From NCBI GenBank assembly GCA_050014195.1, contig JBEKDT010000018.1, forward strand, positions 31,686 through 95,685: DNA of 64,000 nucleotides, written 5' to 3'. This DNA is from Desulfomonilia bacterium (GTDB taxonomy: Bacteria; Desulfobacterota; Desulfomonilia; UBA1062). Shown here piece by piece: positions 31,202-43,665 of this stretch. Below the pieces are notes generated by a model. It made no database searches and had not been told where the DNA came from. It saw only the letters and a program-made list of their open reading frames with translations. Positions within the stretch are counted from its first letter, which is position 1. Every line of letters begins with the position of its first letter. The position numbers and the translations under genes were made by a program.

Positions 31202-31282
31202 ATGATCTATCTGACAGCGGCCGTAGCGGCCTTCTTGATCGTTTACCTTTGTGTGGCCCTGATACGGCCTGAATGGTTCTGA
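31202..31282 (+). CDS. kdpF: K+-transporting ATPase subunit F
   Basis: MIYLTAAVAAFLIVYLCVALIRPEWF* with the YL..AL.RPE.F signature; GAGGTG RBS. Confidence 0.9.
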   Translation: MIYLTAAVAAFLIVYLCVALIRPEWF

Positions 31283-31326
31283 ACAAAGACAACAGCGGAT
31301 ACCGAGGTACTGAAAGGAGTTAAACA

Positions 31327-33159
31327 ATGTTTTTAAAGACCTGGTTACTTCCATTCGCGCTTCTTGCCACAGCGACCCTCATCGCGTTTCCTCTGAGTCG
31401 CTATCTAGCGTGGATCATGGATGGAAAATATAAACCCCTGGGCATCTTCGGATGGTTCGAAAATCGTTTGAACAGCGGGGCCCAGAACTGGAAGCAGTAT
31501 GCAGGCTCCCTGCTCGTTTTTCAAACCCTGCTCTTCGTCTTCGGCTTCCTTGTCCTGGCACTGCAGCCATGGATGCCGTTGAATCCTGATGGCAAGGGCA
31601 TGCTGTTCCCCAGCACCATCTTCCACAGTGTGGTGTCGTTCATGACGAACACGGACCTCCAGCATTATGCAGGGGAAGTCCATCTCTCGAATTTCAGCCA
31701 GATCTTCTTCGGCATAACCAATCTCTTCATATCGGCTGCCATCGGGCTCTGTGCACTGACTGCGATCATCCGGGCCTTCCGGGGGGAATCAAAGGTCGGC
31801 AACTTTTTTGTGGACATGTGGCGGGTGCTGATTTACCTGTTCGTGCCCATTGCATTCGTCATAAGCCTCATTTTCTTGCAGCAAGGCAGTCCCATGACCC
31901 TTCAAACCTCTTCTTACCATGTCTCCACCCTCGAACCTGCTGCCATGGGAACCACGGATAAAGGCGAAGCCAAGCAGCAGACCATCGTTGTCGGGCCGGT
32001 GGCCGCCTTCGAGTCCATCAAGATGCTCGGCACCAACGGCGGCGGGTTCTACGGTATGAATTCAGCTCACCCCTTTGAGAATCCCACTGCAGCATCCAAC
32101 TTCGTGGACACCCTTTCCATGATGATGTTTCCGTTCGCTCTGGTGCTCATGTACGGCCGTATGCTCAATAGGTTCCGGCATGGCATGGTCGTTTTTCTGG
32201 TCATGCTGACAATGATGACCGGCACTATCGTCTGGTCGGTCTGTTTCGACACTCTGATGCCGAACCCCGGGTTGACCGGCCATCCTGTGGCACGGACGTT
32301 CGAAATACCCAGTGCAACGGCACCGGGCGGAAAACGGATAGTGACCTTGCCGGCTGTGGCGGGCCTGCCCGTGGACCAGCACCTGGGCAACCTCGAGGGC
32401 AAAGAAATGCGATTCGGGACCTCGGCAGGCGCTACCTTCGATGCACTGACAACAGATGTGACGTGCGGTGCGGTGAATGCGGAACAAGACAGCCTTAACC
32501 CCATCGCCGCCCTGGCGCCCATGACCGGTATGTGGCTGAACTGCATCTTCGGCGGCAAGGGAGTGGGCATGATCAACATGTTGCTCTTCTTGATCATCGG
32601 GATTTTTCTGGCCGGTATGATGGTCGGCCGTACGCCCGAGTACCTGGGCAAGAAGATCGGGGCCCGCGAGGTAAAGCTCGCAGTGATAGCCCTGCTGGTC
32701 CATCCCATCATGATCCTCTCCTTTACCGGTCTTTTTTCAGCAACGAGCTGGGGATTGCAGGCAGTCAGCAATCCCGGCGCTCATGGGTTTTCACAGATGC
32801 TCTTCCAGTTCTCTTCGGCATCGGCCAACAACGGAGCGGCTTTTGACGGACTGGGGGTTGTCTACGGTTTTGCGAATAACCCGAATCCCGCACCGATGGC
32901 TATTCCCTGGGACATTGCCGCAGGGCTTGTCATGCTCTTCAGCCGCTTACTCCCCATCATTGCCCCTATAGCCATGGCGGGATATCTCGGGGCGAAAAAA
33001 ACCAGCCCGTTCGGTCTCGGGACCCTGCGCGATGACACCCCCACCTTCGGCTTCCTCCTGCTCGGCACGGTTCTCATCATCGGGGCACTGCTCTTCCTGC
33101 CGGTTGCCGCACTGGGGCCACTTGCAGAGCACCTGGGTCCCATCCCCTTCGGTGGCTGA
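31327..33159 (+). CDS. kdpA: K+-transporting ATPase subunit A
   Basis: SFMTNTDLQHY, GTNGGGF, EGKEMRFG, GRTPEYLGKKI, NNG, ALGPLAEHL. Confidence 0.96.
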   Translation: MFLKTWLLPFALLATATLIAFPLSRYLAWIMDGKYKPLGIFGWFENRLNSGAQNWKQYAGSLLVFQTLLFVFGFLVLALQPWMPLNPDGKGMLFPSTIFHSVVSFMTNTDLQHYAGEVHLSNFSQIFFGITNLFISAAIGLCALTAIIRAFRGESKVGNFFVDMWRVLIYLFVPIAFVISLIFLQQGSPMTLQTSSYHVSTLEPAAMGTTDKGEAKQQTIVVGPVAAFESIKMLGTNGGGFYGMNSAHPFENPTAASNFVDTLSMMMFPFALVLMYGRMLNRFRHGMVVFLVMLTMMTGTIVWSVCFDTLMPNPGLTGHPVARTFEIPSATAPGGKRIVTLPAVAGLPVDQHLGNLEGKEMRFGTSAGATFDALTTDVTCGAVNAEQDSLNPIAALAPMTGMWLNCIFGGKGVGMINMLLFLIIGIFLAGMMVGRTPEYLGKKIGAREVKLAVIALLVHPIMILSFTGLFSATSWGLQAVSNPGAHGFSQMLFQFSSASANNGAAFDGLGVVYGFANNPNPAPMAIPWDIAAGLVMLFSRLLPIIAPIAMAGYLGAKKTSPFGLGTLRDDTPTFGFLLLGTVLIIGALLFLPVAALGPLAEHLGPIPFGG

Positions 33160-33238
33160 CCGAGAACTATTTCGTATGAACGAGACAACACACTGAAGAG
33201 GAATTGCAAAATGAATTCAGTGCACAAAGGAGTGCGAC

Positions 33239-35401
<2,163 letters not shown>

Positions 35402-35429
35402 TGTTTCAGGGAAAAAGGAGACATAAGTT

Positions 35430-36452
35430 ATGATACGATATCTTTCAAAGAGTATCCTGCTGTTGATATTCATGGTGTTTATCCTCTGCATCCTTTATCC
35501 GCTCGGATTATGGGTGATCGGACAGACTGTCTTCCCCTTCCAGGCCGACGGCAGCCTGCTGAAAGGCCTTGATGGAAAGGTTGTCGGGTCACGGCTCATT
35601 GCCCAGCCATTCACCAAGGATGAATACTTTCAGCCCCGTCCATCCGCAGCGTCCTATGATGCCTCTGCATCAGCCTCATCGAGTCTTGCGGCCTCCAACT
35701 ATGCGCTGCGCGACAGGGTCGCCCGCACGCTCGGTCCGATTGTGAAGTACCGAAGCGGCTCCAAAGCAGGGCAGCTTGTGGCCCCGGATATAGAACTCTG
35801 GTTCCAGAAAGATGTCTTTCAGGGCAAGCCGCAGATCGTTGCCCAATGGGCCGAAGCGCACAATTCCCTTGCCCAAGCCTGGGTCAATGCAGACCCGAAA
35901 AACGCCAAATTTGTAGAAGACTGGGAAAAGACGCATCCTGCTTTGGTGGCCAAATGGATCAAGGACAATCCGGGCACCCCTAAGCCAAAGGCCGGAGATC
36001 TGGCTGTTTTATTCTTCGAAAATTTCTCCAAGGAATGCCCTGGTAAATTCCCTTCTTCCGTCACCAAACAAACAGCCGGCGGCAAGACGGAAACAACGAT
36101 CGGACCTGTCAAAGAAGGGTCGGACATACAGTTGATCTTCTTTGATATGTGGCGGCAGGACCATCCTGATATTGAACTCCAGGATATTCCCGGCGATCTG
36201 GTCACCACATCCGGTTCCGGGCTCGATCCCCATATCACGCTGCAGAACGCCGAGTATCAGCTCGACCGCGTTGCCTCCACATGGGCCTCCGATACAAAAC
36301 GCGACCCGGCCTCAGTCCGAAAAGAGATCGAACAGATACTTGAGAAGAACGCCACGGCGCCGTTTGACGGACTTGTGGGGGAGAAGATCGTCAACGTGCT
36401 TGAAGTCAATCTCGAACTTTGCAAAGAGTTTGGAGCGCCTGTTGAACATTGA
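35430..36452 (+). CDS. kdpC: K+-transporting ATPase subunit C (long form with internal insertion)
   Basis: YFQPRPSA, TTSGSGLDPHI, VNVLEVN; 340 aa versus the usual ~190 aa. Confidence 0.9.
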   Translation: MIRYLSKSILLLIFMVFILCILYPLGLWVIGQTVFPFQADGSLLKGLDGKVVGSRLIAQPFTKDEYFQPRPSAASYDASASASSSLAASNYALRDRVARTLGPIVKYRSGSKAGQLVAPDIELWFQKDVFQGKPQIVAQWAEAHNSLAQAWVNADPKNAKFVEDWEKTHPALVAKWIKDNPGTPKPKAGDLAVLFFENFSKECPGKFPSSVTKQTAGGKTETTIGPVKEGSDIQLIFFDMWRQDHPDIELQDIPGDLVTTSGSGLDPHITLQNAEYQLDRVASTWASDTKRDPASVRKEIEQILEKNATAPFDGLVGEKIVNVLEVNLELCKEFGAPVEH

Positions 36453-36495
36453 TTCGGAACTTGGTTGGCGGGGTATTCATTTCTCAAGAAAATAA

Positions 36496-36550
36496 TGTAG
36501 GAGCGGCTTTAGCCGCGACCGGAGCTGTCGCGGCTAAAGCCGCTCCGACA
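36496..36550. repeat. GTAG-family REP doublet
   Basis: TGTAGGAGCGGCTTTAGCCGCGAC-CGGAGCT-GTCGCGGCTAAAGCCGCTCCGACA inverted pair between convergent genes. Confidence 0.85.
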
Positions 36551-36580
36551 GGATCAAACTCTCATAGGTAAATTTTAGGT

Positions 36581-37411
36581 TCAAGGCTTATAGCTTTGCG
36601 TGTCATTCAGGCATTCCGGGCCGAATATAACATCCGACGGGGAGTCGACGATCTTTTGAATGAAAAAGTTGCGATTGGACCCGTCATTATTCCAGAACAT
36701 GACACAATCCTCATTCGTGCAGTGATGGGGATGTCCGCTATCTTCATGGTCCGTTACCATCGGAACCCCGCCGTTCACGAGCCCCAGGGTATGTCCGAAC
36801 TCGTGGACAAGGGTTGTCTGCTCTATAACCTCCTCAATTGACACGAGGTAGCCTGACGCATTGATGACATCTTTAAAAACGCAAACAATGGAAGTCCCTC
36901 CGAGAGAGACACCGATTACCTGTTGATATACCGCACCCTGGTCTTTGAAGTATCCGTTTACAAACAACACATAGAACTCAGCGGAGGTCGATGTCTGTGG
37001 GATGTCCCATGTGCTCTGCGCAAGTGTATCTATTTGTGCCGTTGTCCAGGATGCCAGAAATTGCTTTGGAATCTGTTCCATCCCGGAGAGGTCTTTGGGG
37101 ACAGAGATATCCGGTTCGATGATGCGGCCGAGGAAAAGGGCATTCAGATTATTTTCGAGCACCGACCAGAATTGACCGCCGTCTGAGAAAGCCCCGGTAA
37201 ACGGCACTGCATCCGGTTCATAGGCCACATGAACGGTGATGGAGCGCACGGTGGAATAGAGTGTTACAAGATTCAAGGCCATGGGATCTTGACCTGTCCC
37301 GTTACTGCCGGAATTTCCGCTCGATCCGCAGGAAAAACCTGCGAGGGCAATAAGAACACCTATCAACAAGGAGAGGAATGAATACTTCAATCGATAATAT
37401 TTTAGCGTCAT
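36581..37411 (-). CDS. zinc metalloprotease lipoprotein
   Basis: AGFSC lipobox; HEFGHTLGLVN zincin motif; HC...CVM. Confidence 0.8.
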   Translation of the reverse strand: MTLKYYRLKYSFLSLLIGVLIALAGFSCGSSGNSGSNGTGQDPMALNLVTLYSTVRSITVHVAYEPDAVPFTGAFSDGGQFWSVLENNLNALFLGRIIEPDISVPKDLSGMEQIPKQFLASWTTAQIDTLAQSTWDIPQTSTSAEFYVLFVNGYFKDQGAVYQQVIGVSLGGTSIVCVFKDVINASGYLVSIEEVIEQTTLVHEFGHTLGLVNGGVPMVTDHEDSGHPHHCTNEDCVMFWNNDGSNRNFFIQKIVDSPSDVIFGPECLNDTQSYKP

Positions 37412-37571
37412 TGACGATTCCTTGCTTTTAAGCTCTCTCTATATTAGAAGGGAACAACCAAAAAGTCCATCCCTGTACCCCCTCTTTTACAAAAATTAAG
37501 CAAATGAAGAGGAACACTGTATCTGGATCATGTGATTGACAGCATCTCATTAAGCTGCTTCAAAGACGTTC

Positions 37572-39095
37572 ATGGACATCGTGCTCATCCACCCGCCCGT
37601 TTCAAGGCCGTGCGAACCCCCTGCCGGTTTGGCGAGACTGGCAGGGGCCTTGAAAGTGCACGGCAGGCAATACATAATCATTGATGCAAACATGGAAGGG
37701 ATCATGAGCCTCATCGCCGGCCCGGTGACAGCAAACGACACATGGACCAGGCGGGCATCGTTACACCTTAAGGAGAACCTCTCATCCATCAGAAGCTCTA
37801 AGGCATTCAAAAACATCGGCAGCTACACAAAAGCGGTTACGGAGATAAGCCGTATCCTTGAGGTCAACTCTCAGGCGTTTTCCACACGGGTAAGCCTTAA
37901 TAACTTCCAGCATGACACCCTCTCCCCCGTATGCAGCGCCGACCTGGTTCGCTCTTCCGAACATCCTGAGGAGAATGTGTTCTTTTCCTATTTTGAGAAT
38001 CGGCTTTCCTCACTTATGGAAGAACATGCACCGCGCATTGTGGGGTTCTCGCTCAACTTCCTGAGCCAGGCGCTCACCACCTTTGCCATGATCGGTTTTC
38101 TCAAGCGATTGAGCAAAGGAATAAAGATCATCGTCGGCGGCTCCCTCGTCACCTCATGGATGAAAAGGCCGGGCCGGGGGAATCCCTTCTCAGGACTGGT
38201 AGACGAACTCGTGATAGGCCCGGGAGAAGGACGAATCCTGGCTTTGACCGGGGTTGAATGTTGCAATGAGAATACCCTGCCCGATTACCGGCCCTTTTGG
38301 CATTATGATTATCTCTCCCCCGGCCGGGTCCTCCCCTTCAGTACCTCTTGGGGCTGCTACTGGGGCAAGTGCTCCTTCTGTCCTGAAAAGGCCGAGGGAA
38401 ACCGGTATTCCGGTATTCCGGCCGGGCACGTTCCAACTCAACTCCATGCATTGACTGATATGAACTTACCGGACCTTATCCACGTGACGGACAACGCCAT
38501 GAGCCCTGCCCTTCTTACAGCCATGGCCCGTCATGAACCTAAGGCACCGTGGTACGGGTTCGCCAGATTTACCCACCACCTGACTGATCCGGACTTTTGT
38601 TCTGCCCTTAAGAAATCCGGATGCGTAATGCTCCAGCTCGGCCTGGAATCGGGGGACCAGGCGGTGATTGACGAACTCGGCAAAGGCATCAGGCTCAATA
38701 AGGCGGCCATGGCACTTGCCGCCCTTCACGATGCAGGCATTGCCACCTATGTGTACATCCTCTTCGGCACCCCGGCCGAAAACGAGCAAGGCGCGCGGAA
38801 GACCTTGGCCTTTGTCGCTGCTCACGCAGAATCCATCGACTTCCTTAATATTTCCATCTTCAACCTTCCACGAGGAAGCATCGAGTCTAAAGGATTAGAG
38901 ACATATGAGTTTTTCGATGGAGACTTGTGTCTGTACCAGGGGTTCGTACACCCCGGAGGATGGGACAGAAAAAAGGTCAGGCAGTTTTTGGATAAAGAAT
39001 TCAAAAGGCATCCTGCCATCGCCCGTATCGTCAGAAACGATCCGCCGTACTTCACCTCGAACCACGCACCGTTCTTTGCAATGAACAGTGAATAG
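37572..39095 (+). CDS. B12-binding radical SAM protein
   Basis: N-terminal LIHPP..PPAGLARL; CYWGKCSFC; GLESG. Confidence 0.88.
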   Translation: MDIVLIHPPVSRPCEPPAGLARLAGALKVHGRQYIIIDANMEGIMSLIAGPVTANDTWTRRASLHLKENLSSIRSSKAFKNIGSYTKAVTEISRILEVNSQAFSTRVSLNNFQHDTLSPVCSADLVRSSEHPEENVFFSYFENRLSSLMEEHAPRIVGFSLNFLSQALTTFAMIGFLKRLSKGIKIIVGGSLVTSWMKRPGRGNPFSGLVDELVIGPGEGRILALTGVECCNENTLPDYRPFWHYDYLSPGRVLPFSTSWGCYWGKCSFCPEKAEGNRYSGIPAGHVPTQLHALTDMNLPDLIHVTDNAMSPALLTAMARHEPKAPWYGFARFTHHLTDPDFCSALKKSGCVMLQLGLESGDQAVIDELGKGIRLNKAAMALAALHDAGIATYVYILFGTPAENEQGARKTLAFVAAHAESIDFLNISIFNLPRGSIESKGLETYEFFDGDLCLYQGFVHPGGWDRKKVRQFLDKEFKRHPAIARIVRNDPPYFTSNHAPFFAMNSE

Positions 39096-39109
39096 TGATC
39101 AGTGAGCAG
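39080..39109 (+). repeat. degenerate heptamer tandem repeat
   Basis: AATGAAC AGTGAAT AGTGATC AGTGAGC spanning the stop codon. Confidence 0.65.
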
Positions 39110-39198
39110 AAAAAATGAAGCTCCACGCAACAAGCCTAAGGGGAATCATATAATCGAATAGGTCAATCCGAAATTTGAAATAACAATAGGCCGGTACT

Positions 39199-39328
39199 TT
39201 ACCACGAAGGACACGAAGAGCACGAAAAAGATCGAAGAAATGCAGAACAGACAATCGTGGGTTTTTTGAACCGGTCCACTATTTCAAAAGGTTTCCTTTC
39301 TTCGTGTCCTTCGTGCTCTTCGTGGTGA
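39199..39328. repeat. MITE-like element with 9-mer inverted arms, copy 1
   Basis: ACCACGAAGGACACGAAGAGCACGAA...TTCGTGTCCTTCGTGCTCTTCGTGGT; core shared with 50036-50157. Confidence 0.8.
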
Positions 39329-39527
39329 GTGAGAACAATAGGCTGCAAACCATAAGAGTATGCTTCACAGAGAAGAACCTTATTTACCAATTGAATTATT
39401 TACTGGCATTTCCTGAAAAATCAGCTATAAGGCGCTCAAGTAACTCTTGGCACCACCTTCAAAGGTATCTCTTGCTGATCCTTTGTGTGTCTGCGAGATG
39501 TTCACTACAACAACAAAGGAGATCGGC

Positions 39528-41111
39528 TTGGAACAGTTCAGAAACCTCGGTCTGTCGGAGATCATGCTCAAGACGCTAGCCGGCAAGGGCTTCATCGAGC
39601 CTACGCCCATTCAGAAGGCAATTATCCCGTTTCTTATGAACGAGGATCGCGATGTCGTGGCCCAGGCCGCCACCGGCACCGGCAAGACCGCCGCCTTCGG
39701 CATCCCCATCATTGAATGTATGGAATCATTGGATGGCAAGGTGAAGGCCCTCGTGTTGGTACCGACCAGGGAGCTTGCCCTCCAGGTGGCCCTTGAGATC
39801 AAATCGCTTAAGGGTACGAAAAAGATCGAGATCGTGTCCGTCTATGGTGGCCAGCCCTTCGGTCCCCAGCGTAGCGCCCTGAAAAAGGCCGATATCGTCG
39901 TAGGTACGACAGGACGCATCCTCGATCACCTTGAAAAGGGAACGCTTCGGCTTGAAAGCCTTTCCCATCTGGTGCTCGATGAGGCCGATGAAATGCTCGA
40001 TATGGGCTTCATCGACGATATCAAGGCCATCCTTGCATATACACCCTCAAAGCGCCGGACCATGCTCTTCTCGGCCACCATGCCCCATGAGGTGATCACC
40101 ATCGCCAAACGCCACATGAAAGGCTATGAAACTATTGCCATGGGCCAGCAGAAGCAGACACAGCAGCTTACCGACCAGATCTTCATTCAGCTCCGAGAAC
40201 AGGACAAGTTCGATGCCCTGTGCCGCATCATCGATATGGAGCCCGAGTTCTACGGCCTGGTCTTCTGCCGCACCCGCATAGAGACCTCCGAGATCGCTGA
40301 AAGGCTTGCCGGGCGCGGTTATGATGCCGAAGGCATTCACGGCGAGATCGACCAGCGAGATCGCGAGCGGATCATGCGGCGGTTCCGTGAAAAGGACCTG
40401 ACCATCGTGGTTGCCACTGACGTGGCTGCCCGGGGGATCGATATCAACAACCTTTCCCACGTAATCAACTACGCCCTGCCCCAAGACCCCGATTCATACA
40501 TCCATCGCATCGGCCGCACCGGCCGGGCCGGCAAGACGGGCATTGCCATCACCTTAGTGACTCCCCGGGAACAGCGCGCCCTTGACCTGATCCGCAGGAC
40601 TTCAGGCTCTGCCATGCGCAAGGGGAGCATCCCCGGCGTGAAGGATATCATTGCCTCCAAGCGCACGAGAATTAAAGATCAGATACAGAAGGTCATGTGC
40701 GAAGAAGACCTGGGTACCTATGCACTGCTGGCTGCAGAGCTGCTTGAGACCGGAGATGCGGCAATGGTCCTGGCAGCCTGTCTGCGCCATACCTTTGCCG
40801 ACGAGCTGGACCCGAAGGCCTATAAAGAGATCCTCACCGTGGCCCAGTCGGACACGAAGGCGCACACGCGGCTCTTCGTGGCACGCGGGCGCAAACACGG
40901 TATGACACCCCAGAACATCCTGCGCTTCATTCGGGAGCACACGGGGGTAAAGGAAAAGCTCGTGAGCAACATCGAAATCAAAGACGACTTCACCTTCATC
41001 AGCGTACCCCAGGCCGAGGCCGATGTCATCCAGAAGAGATTCAGCCAGAAGAGGGGCCGCCCGCTCATCAGTATCGCCAGGCCCGAGCAGGGACGCAGAA
41101 TGGCGGGCTGA
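39528..41111 (+). CDS. DEAD-box RNA helicase with DbpA-type C-terminal domain
   Basis: PTPIQ, ATGTGKT, PTRELA, DEAD, SAT, HRIGRTGR; TTG 39528 after AAGGAG chosen as start. Confidence 0.95.
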   Translation: MEQFRNLGLSEIMLKTLAGKGFIEPTPIQKAIIPFLMNEDRDVVAQAATGTGKTAAFGIPIIECMESLDGKVKALVLVPTRELALQVALEIKSLKGTKKIEIVSVYGGQPFGPQRSALKKADIVVGTTGRILDHLEKGTLRLESLSHLVLDEADEMLDMGFIDDIKAILAYTPSKRRTMLFSATMPHEVITIAKRHMKGYETIAMGQQKQTQQLTDQIFIQLREQDKFDALCRIIDMEPEFYGLVFCRTRIETSEIAERLAGRGYDAEGIHGEIDQRDRERIMRRFREKDLTIVVATDVAARGIDINNLSHVINYALPQDPDSYIHRIGRTGRAGKTGIAITLVTPREQRALDLIRRTSGSAMRKGSIPGVKDIIASKRTRIKDQIQKVMCEEDLGTYALLAAELLETGDAAMVLAACLRHTFADELDPKAYKEILTVAQSDTKAHTRLFVARGRKHGMTPQNILRFIREHTGVKEKLVSNIEIKDDFTFISVPQAEADVIQKRFSQKRGRPLISIARPEQGRRMAG

Positions 41112-41212
41112 GCAGAGCGAGTATGGTTGCTCATTATAATAGGTGATTAACTCATAGATTCCATTGAGACAACAATAGAAGATGTGTTCTTTGTATGACA
41201 CCAGATTAATGG

Positions 41213-41872
41213 TTAGTTCTTTCCCTGTAGGTTCTTCTGCTGAAGTGTTGCCGTCCTCACAGCCTCTTTGATGTCTTTATTATTAGGGTCAATGACAAGA
41301 AGACTCTGCCAGAGCACGATTGCCTTATTGATGTTGCCTTTCCTATATTCCTGAAATCCCTGCATGGAGAGAGACTTCTTGCAGTAAGAAAGCTTTGTAT
41401 TCAAATAAGCACTGTTGAATGTGAGCATCTGAGTAACATTGTTAAATTTAGTATAATTGTCCTGTAGAACATAATACATTCTGCCTGCAGATGCGAAGTC
41501 CCTCTTTTCTAATGCCTTGTCGGCCGTTGACTTGATACCCTCAAGGCTCTTCGCATACTCTTTCATCATTGGCAGATCCTGTGGCTTCTTCCGGCACTCG
41601 TCACTGTAGATTTCAATAGCCTTCTGGTACTCACCTGCCTCCATATGTCGTCTGGCCAAGGTTGCTGCCTGAACTGGTGCTTGACTGGGCACCTGATGTT
41701 GTCTGGCCGAGGTTGGTGCTTTACTGGGTGCCTGCGAAGTATGTTTGACTTGAGCCGATGTCTTGACAGGACTTTTTGGTGATATCCAGCTTTTCATCTC
41801 AGCACACGACTGCACGGTGAGCGAGAGTATAAGGACGAAGAGGAGCAGTTTTGGTTTAAAGAGATCCATCAT
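41213..41872 (-). CDS. TPR-like lipoprotein
   Basis: VQSC lipobox; helical repeats (GEYQKAIEIY, GNINKAIVLWQSLLVIDPNN); overlaps the HD-GYP stop. Confidence 0.75.
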   Translation of the reverse strand: MMDLFKPKLLLFVLILSLTVQSCAEMKSWISPKSPVKTSAQVKHTSQAPSKAPTSARQHQVPSQAPVQAATLARRHMEAGEYQKAIEIYSDECRKKPQDLPMMKEYAKSLEGIKSTADKALEKRDFASAGRMYYVLQDNYTKFNNVTQMLTFNSAYLNTKLSYCKKSLSMQGFQEYRKGNINKAIVLWQSLLVIDPNNKDIKEAVRTATLQQKNLQGKN

Positions 41873-43362
41873 CAGACCGCTTTCTTAACAGATAGTGGCA
41901 TAGTATAAGCACTATGCTTTTTCATCAACTCAATGAAGACAGTGACTAACTCTGGGCGGAACTGTATTCCCGACATACGAGTGATCTCACTCAACGCTTC
42001 CTCCTCAGAGAGAGCCTTCCTGTAGGGCCTGTCTGAGGTCATCGCATCAAATGTGTCACCTATGGCAATTATTGCTGCAAAGAAAGGAATATTGTCTCCG
42101 ACCAATCCATCAGGATAGCCTTTGCCGTTGTGCCACTCATGGTGGTGGCGAGTAGAAGGGATATACTTGGCTAAGGAGGGAGCCCAGCTAAGAATGGAAG
42201 CCCCATACTCAACGTGGTGCATCATTTCCTTATATTCAGCCGGGCTGAGTTTCCCCGGCTTAAGCAGAATTGAGTCTGGGGTCTTTATCTTACCCACATC
42301 ATGAAAGAGGCACGCTACTTCCAGGTCTGTCAGTTCATCTTGGGAAAGGCCGATCTCTTTCCCAATGAGGAGGGACAGTTGTGCAACCCGGGCAGAATGC
42401 CCATGGGTATAGGAGTCTCTTGCATCTATGGCCGCAGCCACTACCTTTACAATGGAAACGTAAGCGTCTTCAAGATCCTGAGCATATCTATTCAGTTTGC
42501 CCCGCTGTTCTGCTATCTGGGTCGACATTTCATTGAAATTGCGTGTCAGATTACCAAGCTCATCTTGAGAATAGATCCTGAGAGGCTCCTTTGCTGTTCC
42601 ATTTTTCAGTTCATCCACACCTGCGGAGAGCTCTTTTATGGGCTTTATCAGGAAAGATGCAAGCAGCGAACTTGCAAATATTCCGAGAACGACAATGATT
42701 CCGAAGACGATCAATATCCTGTCAGTGACTTTTCTCTGTGCCTCTATCAATACGGACCTGTTCATGCCGAGAATCACACTGCCCAGAGATTTCTTCATAA
42801 AAACTATGGGACATGATATTTCGAAAATAGTGCCTGACTGGTTTGGTAATTCTCTTATCATAGTCCCGTCGGCAGCCCTTCTGAGAAGCCGACCATGGCT
42901 GATTAACATAGTCTCTCCGATCATCGGAGTATCGCTATGGACAATGACCTTCATGCCAGGATCGACAATAGCCACGTAAGGCATGTCATTGTTTGATGAC
43001 TTGGCTTTAAAAACAAGGGTATCCAGACCCAGGAGGTCTCTTGATAGAAGGCTATACCCTGCCGATGCAGCGATACTCTTACCTACGGATTCCCCTCTTT
43101 TAATAATCTCATTCAATATGTAATTGTTCATTATCCCGACAGTCATAATACAGAGGATAAAAGAGGTACTGGTGAGGAGAATAACCGTAAAGAAGGCAAT
43201 CTTGAATCTCAGATTGGCAGAACGGTATCTTTGTGACATCAACAGCAGCGCAGCCTTGAAGAACTTCAAGAGCGCATGTACGTATGAAGCTATTTTAAGC
43301 GCAAATGATCTTTGGCCTGAAAAGAACCGTTGTGCAGCTCCCATGATCGTTGGCATTTTCAC
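41872..43362 (-). CDS. membrane HAMP/HD-GYP c-di-GMP phosphodiesterase
   Basis: Two TM segments, HAMP, YTHGHS, HDVGK, HHEWHNGKGYP, RPYR. Confidence 0.92.
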   Translation of the reverse strand: MKMPTIMGAAQRFFSGQRSFALKIASYVHALLKFFKAALLLMSQRYRSANLRFKIAFFTVILLTSTSFILCIMTVGIMNNYILNEIIKRGESVGKSIAASAGYSLLSRDLLGLDTLVFKAKSSNNDMPYVAIVDPGMKVIVHSDTPMIGETMLISHGRLLRRAADGTMIRELPNQSGTIFEISCPIVFMKKSLGSVILGMNRSVLIEAQRKVTDRILIVFGIIVVLGIFASSLLASFLIKPIKELSAGVDELKNGTAKEPLRIYSQDELGNLTRNFNEMSTQIAEQRGKLNRYAQDLEDAYVSIVKVVAAAIDARDSYTHGHSARVAQLSLLIGKEIGLSQDELTDLEVACLFHDVGKIKTPDSILLKPGKLSPAEYKEMMHHVEYGASILSWAPSLAKYIPSTRHHHEWHNGKGYPDGLVGDNIPFFAAIIAIGDTFDAMTSDRPYRKALSEEEALSEITRMSGIQFRPELVTVFIELMKKHSAYTMPLSVKKAV

Positions 43363-43665
43363 ACGAAGTACTCTGTCTTCTTTATCGGTAAAAAGAAGGG
43401 AAAACTTGATCTTACCTCACTTTGCTGCTGCCATGTTCTGTTTCATAATATTTTGCGATTTTTTATAGATAAGCCCTAAGCATAGATTCCGTGCCGGTTG
43501 TAACACTATGATATGATGTGTCCATTTTTATAGGGCATATCAAGTTATATTCATTTTTCACGACTTTTTCGACAGCTTCCACAAAAACCCTAATATAAAT
43601 TTAATGGTTTAAGATTATATGACGAAAGTATATGTGATACATCAGGGATGTATAGGTAGATAAAA

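Noticed and set aside
39117-39147. GAAGCTCCACGCAACAAGCCTAAGGGGAATC, reminiscent of IS200/IS605-type end hairpins
   Set aside because: Single, degenerate copy with poor pairing.
39199-39328. CRISPR-like appearance of the CACGAAG repeats and heptamer arrays
   Set aside because: Units are 7-9 bp, tandem or inverted, with no unique spacers and no cas genes.
43480-43497. Sigma-54-like CGGCACGGAATCTATGC upstream of the HD-GYP gene (minus strand)
   Set aside because: GG-to-GC spacing is 12 rather than the required 10.
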